From the IMG/VR virus record IMGVR_UViG_3300027782_000027, positions 1 through 64,000 of that record: 64,000 bases of DNA. The stretch is one strand, 5' to 3'. Positions 8,528 to 17,033 of this stretch are shown piece by piece. Within the stretch, counting starts at the first letter, position 1; each line of letters begins with the position of its first letter. The translations under genes and the position numbers were made by a program. The notes below the pieces were generated by a model, which saw only the letters and a program-made list of their open reading frames with translations, made no database searches and was not told the DNA's origin.

Positions 8528-8816
8528 CTATAACTTCTTTAACTCTTCTATCCAAAGTATTCTCAACCCATCTAGCAATAACATATTTAGAATTATCAAA
8601 TTCTATAGAGAAGAAATCTTTAATCTCATCAATTAACCCAAAAATTATTACACACTCACCACCTCTAAAGTATTCGATTGATGAGTCGATATATTCACCA
8701 CCTTCAGAATTGGCGAAGTAAATTGCACTCCCTCTTTTAATCTGAATAAAGTTCTTAATATCCAAATATCTAAAGATTACTCTATCTAATTGTGATTCTG
8801 TTATAAGGTATTTCAT
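8520..8816 (-). CDS. MKYLITE-family small protein
   Basis: paralog family motif. Confidence 0.8.
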   Translation of the reverse strand: MKYLITESQLDRVIFRYLDIKNFIQIKRGSAIYFANSEGGEYIDSSIEYFRGGECVIIFGLIDEIKDFFSIEFDNSKYVIARWVENTLDRRVKEVIVR

Positions 8817-8832
8817 TATATATAAATATTAG

Positions 8833-9168
8833 TTAGAAGGGTAACCTCAATGTCAAACTTCCACTGTTTGTAATGGACATTGATTTTTCGTAACTGTATT
8901 TTACTTGTAATGTATCACCAATCCATCGAACAATAATCTTCTCAGAATCAGAATCACTCAAAGAAAATAATGATGAAATATCGTCAACTAATTCATAATT
9001 CATAAAAGAAAAATTATCACTCATATCGTATCTGATTTGACAATACTTATCACCTTCTGAATTAACAAAGTATATAGTGTCTTTATCCTCAACCTGAATA
9101 AAATCTTGATTGTCAAGATACCTAAAGATTACTTTTTCTAATTTAGATTCTGTGATAAGATATTTCAT
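8833..9168 (-). CDS. MKYLITE-family small protein
   Basis: paralog family motif. Confidence 0.8.
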   Translation of the reverse strand: MKYLITESKLEKVIFRYLDNQDFIQVEDKDTIYFVNSEGDKYCQIRYDMSDNFSFMNYELVDDISSLFSLSDSDSEKIIVRWIGDTLQVKYSYEKSMSITNSGSLTLRLPF

Positions 9169-9200
9169 ATGATAATAAATATAATTATATTTATAATATT

Positions 9201-9656
9201 ATGAACCTACAACAAAACATAAAAAGAATATTAAGGGAAGAATACACCGTAAAACAGATGAAGTTATTAACTATCGCAAGTCAGGTGGGGTTACTAAAGA
9301 CAGGAGAAATGTTCGGTGGTATAGAATACCTTATAAATGTGTTAGGTGATGAGTTCCTTACAACAAACAATAAGGTTAAGATTATTAGGGAAGTAGTAGA
9401 AACAACCGATTATGAATATATCACACTAATGGATATGAATGAAAACCCAATAGTTCTCAAGGTTGGAGACGGTAAACTTTCACAAATAGAAATGATAAAT
9501 AAAGAAGATGTTACAGTGTTCCATTATGGTGGATATGAATACTCACAAGATTTAGGTGAAAGTTATATATCTTATGAAGAACTACCAAAAGATGTATTAG
9601 ATGATATCTTTAATATGGTATTAGATTTCTATACAGATACTTTAGAGAATAAGTAA
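9201..9656 (+). CDS. MNLQQNIKRILREE-leader protein
   Basis: shared leader. Confidence 0.8.
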   Translation: MNLQQNIKRILREEYTVKQMKLLTIASQVGLLKTGEMFGGIEYLINVLGDEFLTTNNKVKIIREVVETTDYEYITLMDMNENPIVLKVGDGKLSQIEMINKEDVTVFHYGGYEYSQDLGESYISYEELPKDVLDDIFNMVLDFYTDTLENK

Positions 9657-10385
9657 TTATTGATTTAAGACCTGTTCCATCACATAATTCATTACAGACA
9701 TTTCTACATCCGTTGTACATACCTTATTATTTAATACCTCTTCCACTCCTCTTGTGAAAGGTCCAGAATATGCTTCCATTGTAGATACCTTATGATTTAA
9801 TACCTCTTCTACCTCAATTCTTCCAACGTAATCAAGTGAATCGGTTGTGGATACCTTATGATTTAAGACCTCTTCCACCAATGAATGTTCGGGGTATTTG
9901 AGAATGGTAGTTGTAGACACCTTAACATTATGACTTAATACATCTTCCACCTTCCAAGGAACACGAACTTTAACATCGCACGTTGTGGATACCTTATGAT
10001 TTAATACATCTTCCACCATCATGCTTTCAACACCGCTACCTGTCACGGTTGTGGATACCTTATGATTTAAGACCTCTTCCACCACGTAGTTCCTAAGCCC
10101 TATAGGGCGATATGTTGCGGATACCTTATGATTTAAGACCTCTTCCACCCAAGAAGATAGAACAGGACAAAAATCATCCGAACTCATGGAGAATATTTGA
10201 AAAAACGAATTAAAAAAATCGTATCTCCACCATAAAGTACCTGACTCATCAAGTTCAAAGTACCAATGTTTATTATCCCTATTAATGAACCATATAGACC
10301 CATTATAAGGAATAATCTCACAATCACCTAACTCTCTATATAGGTGTTTAAAAATAATTTGTTTTAATCTATCTGTAATAACCAT
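9657..10385 (-). CDS. repeat-array protein 4 (7 unique cassettes)
   Basis: paralog of 435-1235; TATATTTG element just upstream of the ATG. Confidence 0.85.
   Translation of the reverse strand: MVITDRLKQIIFKHLYRELGDCEIIPYNGSIWFINRDNKHWYFELDESGTLWWRYDFFNSFFQIFSMSSDDFCPVLSSWVEEVLNHKVSATYRPIGLRNYVVEEVLNHKVSTTVTGSGVESMMVEDVLNHKVSTTCDVKVRVPWKVEDVLSHNVKVSTTTILKYPEHSLVEEVLNHKVSTTDSLDYVGRIEVEEVLNHKVSTMEAYSGPFTRGVEEVLNNKVCTTDVEMSVMNYVMEQVLNQ
9712..10149. CRISPR. CRISPR-like array 4, in frame; 7 repeats (one with a 6-nt insertion) plus a degenerate one ending at 9681
   Basis: Repeats at 9712, 9778, 9844, 9910 (42 nt), 9982, 10048, 10114; all spacers 30 nt. Confidence 0.55.
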
Positions 10386-11198
10386 AGAGCAAATATAGTA
10401 AGAAATTATGAACTAAACAAACTCATTCCCCCATTCCACTATCGTGTCGTTCCATTCCCCTAGCGGGTCATTACACTAATGGGTTCATTCATTTGTTTAC
10501 TTCTTAATTTCCCCTATTGTATGAATCTATAATTAACGTACAACACTAATCTATAATAATCCCCCATAATGAAAGACATATAGTATGAGGGGACATAACA
10601 TATTACTGTTAATGGTATTGTACCCATCGGGATAATGAAATACCCTAAAGGGTATATAATATGATATGAGTATACCTGTTAGGGTATAAAATATATGGTG
10701 GAATGTGAAGGGGACAATGTCCTTTATAGGGAACATAACCCTACAGGGTTATCCCTTATATAACACATTATGTCCCACTTTTTACCACCACTATAATTGT
10801 CCATATCATGTGTCTATATGGTAAGGGGAAATCTTAAAAACCTCATTATATTCGGGTCAAGAACCCCGTTGAAGACACTATAAAATACACTTTTCGTTGA
10901 AGGATTTAAACAACTAAAGTCTGTCCACGCCACTTTATTGTTACATCCTATTTTTAGCTGGAAAATGTATATAGTTAAAAAAACCCTTCTCACACTATCA
11001 GGAGGACCACTTTTTTCACTTTTCATATAACCAAAAACCCCTCTCACATATATGTCAGTGGTAAAAAGTGGGAAATAAAAACTTAACATAAACTATACAT
11101 TATACCATATATTTATTATGATTATTAGGTCTAAAAGTGGTCAAGGGGATTATCCCCCATCTGACACTCAACTGACATTTTGACAAAATCAAGAAAAA

Positions 11199-11495
11199 AT
11201 GAATAATAATTTATCAACAATTCCCCCTGACGATATGTCTAACCCCATTTCCATACCTGACATACTGAAGAATGTGAGGGTTGTAACTGACCCTTTACGG
11301 GATGTTGTTGCGGTGACCCTATATTATAATGGGGAAAAGGTGGGTAAGATGGAGTATAGGAAAGCTTCATCTACATACCAAGGAGACATGAAGATATTAA
11401 CATTGTATTCACTGACCCCTGAGTTCATGGAGTTATTCAAGGGACAGGAAAACCCAATTAGGATTTTAGACAACCATATTAAAGTGTTTGTTTAA
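11199..11495 (+). CDS. hypothetical protein
   Basis: 98-aa ORF. Confidence 0.5.
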   Translation: MNNNLSTIPPDDMSNPISIPDILKNVRVVTDPLRDVVAVTLYYNGEKVGKMEYRKASSTYQGDMKILTLYSLTPEFMELFKGQENPIRILDNHIKVFV

Positions 11496-11865
11496 ACTGT
11501 TTCCAAATAACACTCTTGTATTTTGTTTCATTTCCCCGAGCTTCTATTTCAAAGGGGCAGTCCCAATAACCATGTCTTGTTTGTGATGATGCGTAGTTAC
11601 GTTTGATACCCCTTTGTATGTGGTGGGTGTATTCGTGTATGATTGTTTTTACAAACTTATCAACAGTCTCACATGTGGATGGGTTTATCACCAATGCTTC
11701 ATAATCGTATTGGCCATAGAGATTTGTTAACCCGTTTCTAATTTTTAGTTTCGGGGATGGTTTGTTTCCATGACCGAGTGTCTTTCTAACTATGGTTATA
11801 AGTTGTAACCCCATCTTACGAAGTTCGGTGGTTGTGTATGTGTCTAATCTATCTTTGAGTTTCAT
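11479..11865 (-). CDS. putative zincin metallopeptidase-like protein (start moved to 11865)
   Basis: IIHEYTHHIQ (HExxH) plus PFEIEA motif. Confidence 0.7.
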   Translation of the reverse strand: MKLKDRLDTYTTTELRKMGLQLITIVRKTLGHGNKPSPKLKIRNGLTNLYGQYDYEALVINPSTCETVDKFVKTIIHEYTHHIQRGIKRNYASSQTRHGYWDCPFEIEARGNETKYKSVIWKQFKQTL

Positions 11866-11866
11866 A

Positions 11867-12289
11867 TTAGTCGATGAATTTGTAAGTGATGTTCCCGATG
11901 ATTTCGTCATTGTGTCTTGGTAATGGGATAGAGGCAGCTTTGAAGAAGGTTGGGATGATTGTGTTGTTGATAAGTTTCTGTGCTCCGTTGTTAGCTGACC
12001 ACTTTCTGCTCTTGAAGTAACTTGCTCTGTGATGACTACGCCAAGAGTTAACACTTGGGATTGATGACTCAGCGTAACGGTGGCCTTCTTTCTTCATGGT
12101 TACCTCTATGTTAATCACACGACCATAAGCGTTAGCGTTCCAACTCCACTTATCTGTCTCACCCACAGATACAATACGAACCGATACCTCACCGAAGTGG
12201 TTCCATGTGTCAGTCATAACAACAAGGTTCTGCTTCTTGATGAATCTCATTAACAATTTGGTTGATAGTTTGTCTTGGGTGATTTTCAT
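11867..12289 (-). CDS. hypothetical early protein
   Basis: TATATTTG element upstream; C-ending codon bias. Confidence 0.75.
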   Translation of the reverse strand: MKITQDKLSTKLLMRFIKKQNLVVMTDTWNHFGEVSVRIVSVGETDKWSWNANAYGRVINIEVTMKKEGHRYAESSIPSVNSWRSHHRASYFKSRKWSANNGAQKLINNTIIPTFFKAASIPLPRHNDEIIGNITYKFID

Positions 12290-12615
12290 AGTGGTTGTTT
12301 ATTGTTCTACAAATATACAACAATTTTCTTCCCCCACAAGAAAAATCTTCTTTTTTTTTAAAAGCAGGGTGGAGTACACACTCCAAGCATTAACCGTGCC
12401 AGCCCTTTATCCCCTTATCGTTATAAGGTACAGTTAGGGGGCTAAGTAACAACGAAAATAATTAATAAAAAATTAGGATGTTAACTTTCTTCGCCGTATC
12501 TTTGTGTTGACGCTCTATTTTATATAAAAAAACATATAAGGCACCAAGCTAAGTTACGGCGAATATTTTGAATAAACAAATATATTTCCCCAAGATATTA
12601 TCTTATATTTGTATA

Positions 12616-12918
12616 ATGAGACAGAAGATATATACACTAAAAGATTTTGACTTCAAACCCCATGGAGTGGTAAAGGGTGCGGTACAAGGATTACTTACAC
12701 TCCCCAACAATATCACAGTATCCATTGTAGGTGGTGGTCTTCAATCTATTGTCGGTGGGATGAATATGTTACGTGGTGATGGAGTGGATACCTTTGAAGT
12801 AGCCGCTTGGTGGGGTGACCAAGGTGATTGGATTAAACTATCTGACTACGATGATGTATTATCATATGTTGATAAAGATAGACTACCAATCATACTACTT
12901 GACTTATCTAAGAAATAA
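12616..12918 (+). CDS. hypothetical early protein (start moved to 12616)
   Basis: TATATTTG immediately upstream of the ATG. Confidence 0.75.
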   Translation: MRQKIYTLKDFDFKPHGVVKGAVQGLLTLPNNITVSIVGGGLQSIVGGMNMLRGDGVDTFEVAAWWGDQGDWIKLSDYDDVLSYVDKDRLPIILLDLSKK

Positions 12919-12963
12919 TTTGTTTATGTAAAACCTTTGTCGTATATTTGTAGTCTACACACT

Positions 12964-13152
12964 ATGAAGAAATACATACTATCCCTAATCATGTTAGTCG
13001 TTATACTAACATCTTGTTCTACCCCACAACGTGGGTACAACTACAAGAAACATTCTAACACACAACAGAAGATGTATAAACAAACTAAGAGAGTGAACAA
13101 AGGTAAGAACCAACTACAACATCAGTGTACCCCTAAGAAACACAGACGATAA
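12964..13152 (+). CDS. small basic lipoprotein
   Basis: MKKYILSLIMLVVILTSC signal peptide II and lipobox; TATATTTG upstream. Confidence 0.7.
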   Translation: MKKYILSLIMLVVILTSCSTPQRGYNYKKHSNTQQKMYKQTKRVNKGKNQLQHQCTPKKHRR

Positions 13153-13153
13153 T

Positions 13154-13252
13154 ATGAAACGATTTAAGATGACCCCTGACTTGGGGATACTAATATACAT
13201 AGCCATAGTAATTACCCTTGTAGTAATACTAAGAGCTTACCACATACTGTAA
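13154..13252 (+). CDS. 32-aa single-TM peptide (not in the ORF track)
   Basis: MKRFKMTPDLGILIYIAIVITLVVILRAYHIL, abuts the previous gene. Confidence 0.55.
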   Translation: MKRFKMTPDLGILIYIAIVITLVVILRAYHIL

Positions 13253-13421
13253 AGGGGAGGGGATACTTATCATAAGTTATCAACACCCCCTCCTATACCC
13301 CCATATACCCCTACCTATGGGGCCCCTCCCCCCGTATCCCCCCTTATATAGGGGGTTTTTTGGGTCAGAAGGGGGGATAATCCCCTCAAAAAAATCCTGG
13401 AAAAATTTTTTAGAAAAGCGA

Positions 13422-13943
13422 CCCTTTGTTTTAAAATGTTCCCTATATGTAAAAAATAAATTTTTGGAAAAATTTTGTATTTATGAATATGAGTAATGTT
13501 ATTGGTTCGGAAAAGTTTAATGGGTTATTAACTAAGGTTGTTAATTCTGTTATTGGTAAGTATCTTAAAAACGCTACCACTATTGATTACGATTTTAATT
13601 TTAGTGTTAAGGTAAGAAGAGGTATGAGTAAACCATATGTTGGTTGTAATGCGGGTTCTCATGGGGAACCTTATAATTACGTGATTGAGGTTTATTCGGA
13701 TATTGATATACCGAAGGGTTTTACATATAATGATGAGTATAGAAAGAAACACAATAAGATTGCTGATGGGTTTCATAATAGTATAATAGCCAATGAAATT
13801 AAAAATCTTATTCCAATGATGGGTTTGGATACCAAGAGTCTTGGTAATGTGTTTGGTGTTTGTTTTATGAATGTAATTTAAGTACACCACCCCTTTGTTT
13901 TAAAATATTCCCTATATTTGAAAAATAAATTTTTGGAAAAATT
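13422..13943 (+). repeat. 53-nt direct repeat pair (13422-13474 and 13891-13943) flanking gene 13483-13881
   Basis: CCCTTTGTTTTAAAATRTTCCCTATAT...AAAAATAAATTTTTGGAAAAATT in both copies. Confidence 0.85.
13483..13881 (+). CDS. hypothetical protein
   Basis: 132-aa ORF. Confidence 0.7.
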   Translation: MNMSNVIGSEKFNGLLTKVVNSVIGKYLKNATTIDYDFNFSVKVRRGMSKPYVGCNAGSHGEPYNYVIEVYSDIDIPKGFTYNDEYRKKHNKIADGFHNSIIANEIKNLIPMMGLDTKSLGNVFGVCFMNVI

Positions 13944-14216
13944 ATGAGTATTTTGTCAAATAAGAGAATGGAATTTTTAAAGAATTATATTGAGGGTGAG
14001 TTACGTGATTATGATTGGTTTAAGGGTGTTAAGGTAAGTATGTCTGAATGGGAATATAATGATTTGAGATTACCTTGTTATGATATTGATATTGATTCGG
14101 GTGGTCAATCTTTGTATAGTGAGTTTATTGAGGACCTTGACACTATGTTTTCTGTATTGTGTCCCAAGGATAAGGATGGGGAGACAATTGCTGTATGGAA
14201 TTTAATCAGTGAATGA
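13944..14216 (+). CDS. hypothetical protein; paralog of 20516-20827 lacking the MKYIITE leader
   Basis: shared Y(D/E)WF.G and DTMF..L.PKDK.G...AVW. Confidence 0.75.
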   Translation: MSILSNKRMEFLKNYIEGELRDYDWFKGVKVSMSEWEYNDLRLPCYDIDIDSGGQSLYSEFIEDLDTMFSVLCPKDKDGETIAVWNLISE

Positions 14217-14241
14217 GTATTTATTGTAAACATTATATAAT

Positions 14242-14739
14242 ATGAAAAAAGTTGTAAGATTAACAGAGTCGGATTTAACAAGAATTGTTAAACGAGTAAT
14301 AAATGAGAAAAAAGAAATGATTCGTATTACGGGTGATTATAGTGGGGCTAAACATGTACTTGGTAGTTCTGCATCTCCTGAAGATATTATGGATGAATAT
14401 AATAATGCAGTTGAAGAGGGAACACCTCTTGTTAGTTATTCTGATGGTGTGTTCTATAATCAGGATGATAAAGAGATTCCTGTAGACGTTGTTTTGGATG
14501 AATTGAATTATGCAATTCTTGGTTATGAAGAAGAAGATTATGATGATATGGGGGATTCTCCAAAACAAAAAAGATTTGGTGATGGTAATGAAAATGAAAT
14601 GTATTTAACCGATAATGTAAGGTTCCACCGTAAAGGGGGGAGGTTAACTTTAAGTTACACTCCGACTAAGACTATGGGAGGACTTACTATATCTGATAAA
14701 CAGAAGAAGATGTTAATTGATTTTTTAAACAGGAATTAA
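14242..14739 (+). CDS. MKKVVRLTESDL-leader protein
   Basis: shared leader; internal domain shared with 17769-18362. Confidence 0.8.
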   Translation: MKKVVRLTESDLTRIVKRVINEKKEMIRITGDYSGAKHVLGSSASPEDIMDEYNNAVEEGTPLVSYSDGVFYNQDDKEIPVDVVLDELNYAILGYEEEDYDDMGDSPKQKRFGDGNENEMYLTDNVRFHRKGGRLTLSYTPTKTMGGLTISDKQKKMLIDFLNRN

Positions 14740-14767
14740 CCTCTCCAATGATAGTATTGTTGGACCG

Positions 14768-14794
14768 ACCCCTTCTTCAACGGAGGGGTTTTTT
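14768..14794 (+). terminator. intrinsic terminator
   Basis: ACCCCTTC...GGAGGGGT stem plus T run. Confidence 0.75.
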
Positions 14795-14823
14795 ATTTCA
14801 TTTTTTTTTCTTATTATTAATAT

Positions 14824-15066
14824 ATGGAAGAAGAGAAATTATCAGTTACTGTGGATGTAACATTAAAGGACAATAAGTTTTTTTATAACATAATGGCCAT
14901 GAAGGGTATGAATATGGATGATATTATGTCTGTATTGTGTGGAGGTCTTGCTTTATCTATTCGTAGTAGGGAAACCCCTGAGTTACAGGGTCAGACTCTT
15001 AGGGATATTATTGGTCATTTGGAATCTGAGTTTATTAATGTGGATTCATTTTCTGACGTTAAATAA
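14824..15066 (+). CDS. hypothetical protein
   Basis: 80-aa ORF. Confidence 0.7.
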   Translation: MEEEKLSVTVDVTLKDNKFFYNIMAMKGMNMDDIMSVLCGGLALSIRSRETPELQGQTLRDIIGHLESEFINVDSFSDVK

Positions 15067-15115
15067 TTTTTTGGAAAATTAAGATTATTGTTTTATCTTT
15101 GTAAAAAAAATATAT

Positions 15116-15616
15116 ATGGAACCTGAAGAAGAAAATATTGGTATGATGAATATTTTAGGAGATAATGTTTTGTTAACAAGGGATTATGGTAATTATACTA
15201 TAACTAATGGAGGAATGACTGTTAATCCGTATCTTGATAATGATTATCGTGTTTCTTCAATGAACAACAGAACGTATAATAAAGATGGTGAATTTGTTTT
15301 TCCTGAGATGTTATTCAAGGTTCTTAAGAAGAGTTTACCTGGTATTCATTCAATTGTTATTAATAAGTTTGAAACTAAATTTACATATACTGTTGATAGT
15401 TTTGAATCTACCCCAAAGTACTTGGTATTTGTTGATGTTATATACAATTGGGATTCAAGTGAGGTGTTATCTCCTGAGAAGTTGGGTGATAAAATCAACA
15501 TGTCATTTCCTATGATATATACTGATGTTAAGTTTGTCACCTTTAGTGTAAATACCGTTAAGGTTGAGAGACGTGATTACGAGAAAGAGTTTATGAATAT
15601 CTTTGGTAAAAAATAA
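15116..15616 (+). CDS. hypothetical protein
   Basis: 166-aa ORF; TATCTTTG upstream. Confidence 0.75.
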   Translation: MEPEEENIGMMNILGDNVLLTRDYGNYTITNGGMTVNPYLDNDYRVSSMNNRTYNKDGEFVFPEMLFKVLKKSLPGIHSIVINKFETKFTYTVDSFESTPKYLVFVDVIYNWDSSEVLSPEKLGDKINMSFPMIYTDVKFVTFSVNTVKVERRDYEKEFMNIFGKK

Positions 15617-15635
15617 TTTTTTTCTTCGTTGTTCC

Positions 15636-15658
15636 AATCCCCCCTACCCCCTTTTTTG
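15636..15658 (+). repeat. dispersed intergenic element AATCCCCC(C)TACCCCCTTTTTT (other copies at 16089, 16513, 20849)
   Basis: four near-identical copies, each just after a stop codon and before TATTTAT. Confidence 0.85.
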
Positions 15659-15679
15659 TTTTGATGTATTTATTGTAAT

Positions 15680-16072
15680 ATGAAATACCAAATCACAAAG
15701 GAACAATATTCTAAACTTGTCTATAAGTTAATTGAAGCATTTTTTAAGGATGTTAAATTTTACAAAGATGATGGTGGGGGTTATTTGACTTATGATATTA
15801 CTGTTGATGGTGAGGATGTTGCTTATATTCACACGAAAAAAAGTCCTCATATAGCTAAGGGATGTGAATATGAACTTGTAATATATGACGATACTATATT
15901 AAAGATAACAGACTTTGTTCCGATTTTTAGGAAGAAGGTATTCTCAAAAATACTCATTAAATATTTTTCTGATATTACTGGCGAAGATATTGATTGTATT
16001 AATTTTGATATGAAACATCCTGGAAGTGATGATACAATTATATATACAAAAAAATTCAAAAAGAAAAAATAA
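15680..16072 (+). CDS. MKYQITKEQ-leader protein
   Basis: variant of the MKYLITE leader. Confidence 0.75.
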   Translation: MKYQITKEQYSKLVYKLIEAFFKDVKFYKDDGGGYLTYDITVDGEDVAYIHTKKSPHIAKGCEYELVIYDDTILKITDFVPIFRKKVFSKILIKYFSDITGEDIDCINFDMKHPGSDDTIIYTKKFKKKK

Positions 16073-16133
16073 TTTTTTTTCGTCGTTCAATCCCCCCTAC
16101 CCCCTTTTTTGTTTTTAGATATTTATATATAAT

Positions 16134-16514
16134 ATGAATACAACAGAACAAGAGCTTAAAGAAATACTTGATTATCAAATTGAGACAATAATAAGAAAGG
16201 GAACAACATATGAATTTCAAATCATTGACTCACCATCAATTTTTATTGATGGGGAAAGTTTTTTATCTCGCACAAATACCGTATCTATAATTAGGGAACA
16301 TCAATTAACCTCAAAATTTAATTCTATAAGAGAAGAATTTGTGAGCCGAGATGAATACGAAACGGTTGATTTTATATTAACGTCCATGGAATTTATTTTA
16401 ACATTCTTGGAGGAACATAAAGGTAAAAGGATATTTATTATGGGTGAGTCATTTAATTCTGGACCAAATCCTTTTTTTGTGAGAACTAAAACTATTAGAG
16501 CAATAGTGGTTTAA
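16134..16514 (+). CDS. hypothetical protein
   Basis: 126-aa ORF. Confidence 0.7.
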   Translation: MNTTEQELKEILDYQIETIIRKGTTYEFQIIDSPSIFIDGESFLSRTNTVSIIREHQLTSKFNSIREEFVSRDEYETVDFILTSMEFILTFLEEHKGKRIFIMGESFNSGPNPFFVRTKTIRAIVV

Positions 16515-16553
16515 TCCCCCTACCCCCTTTTTTGTTTTTGGATACTTATTTAT

Positions 16554-16745
16554 ATGAAAGAATTTTTAAAATATCTTATCATATGGATTGCTGAGAATCT
16601 ATCTATTCCATTTTGGGTTGTTGGTCATGTCCATCTATCACTTAATGTTTATAACGACATTTATGAGGTTATTGCATCTTTTGGAATGAACATAATTGTT
16701 GGTGTAGGTTTTTATTTTGGTTGGAAAGAATCTTTAAAGAAATAA
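16554..16745 (+). CDS. small membrane protein
   Basis: two hydrophobic segments. Confidence 0.65.
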   Translation: MKEFLKYLIIWIAENLSIPFWVVGHVHLSLNVYNDIYEVIASFGMNIIVGVGFYFGWKESLKK

Positions 16746-16774
16746 AATTTGAGTATTTATAATAAAAAACTATT

Positions 16775-16951
16775 ATGAAAAAATTATTAATTATCTTATC
16801 TATTGGTTTGTTTAGTTGTGGGTCATTAAAGAGTTCATCATGTTGTGATACTCATAAGGATTGTGTTAAACAGACTGAGTGTTGTGGTATGGACCACTGT
16901 GATAAAAATCATTGTGAGGGAAATTGTTGTGATTCATCTTGTTGTAGATAA
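16775..16951 (+). CDS. Cys-rich small lipoprotein (not in the ORF track)
   Basis: MKKLLIILSIGLFSC lipobox, then 11 more Cys in 43 aa; TATTTAT upstream, terminator downstream. Confidence 0.7.
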   Translation: MKKLLIILSIGLFSCGSLKSSSCCDTHKDCVKQTECCGMDHCDKNHCEGNCCDSSCCR

Positions 16952-17033
16952 TCTGATAATTTTATTATCTTAAACCCCTTTTTAAACGGAGGGGTTTTTT
17001 ATTTGTGTAGTATATTTATAATAAAATATTAAT

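Noticed and set aside
502-10149. Calling the arrays a complete, canonical CRISPR-Cas locus
   Set aside because: No cas genes or non-coding leader in the window. The arrays are fully in frame, and repeat changes are mostly synonymous or conservative. Kept as CRISPR-like only.
10551-11089. Minus-strand ORFs 10551-10736 and 10814-11089
   Set aside because: Atypical composition, no recognisable motif; the region looks non-coding.
11866-12054. N-terminal extension of ORF 11479-12054
   Set aside because: Overlaps gene 11867-12289 in another frame; the ATG at 11865 abuts that gene's stop.
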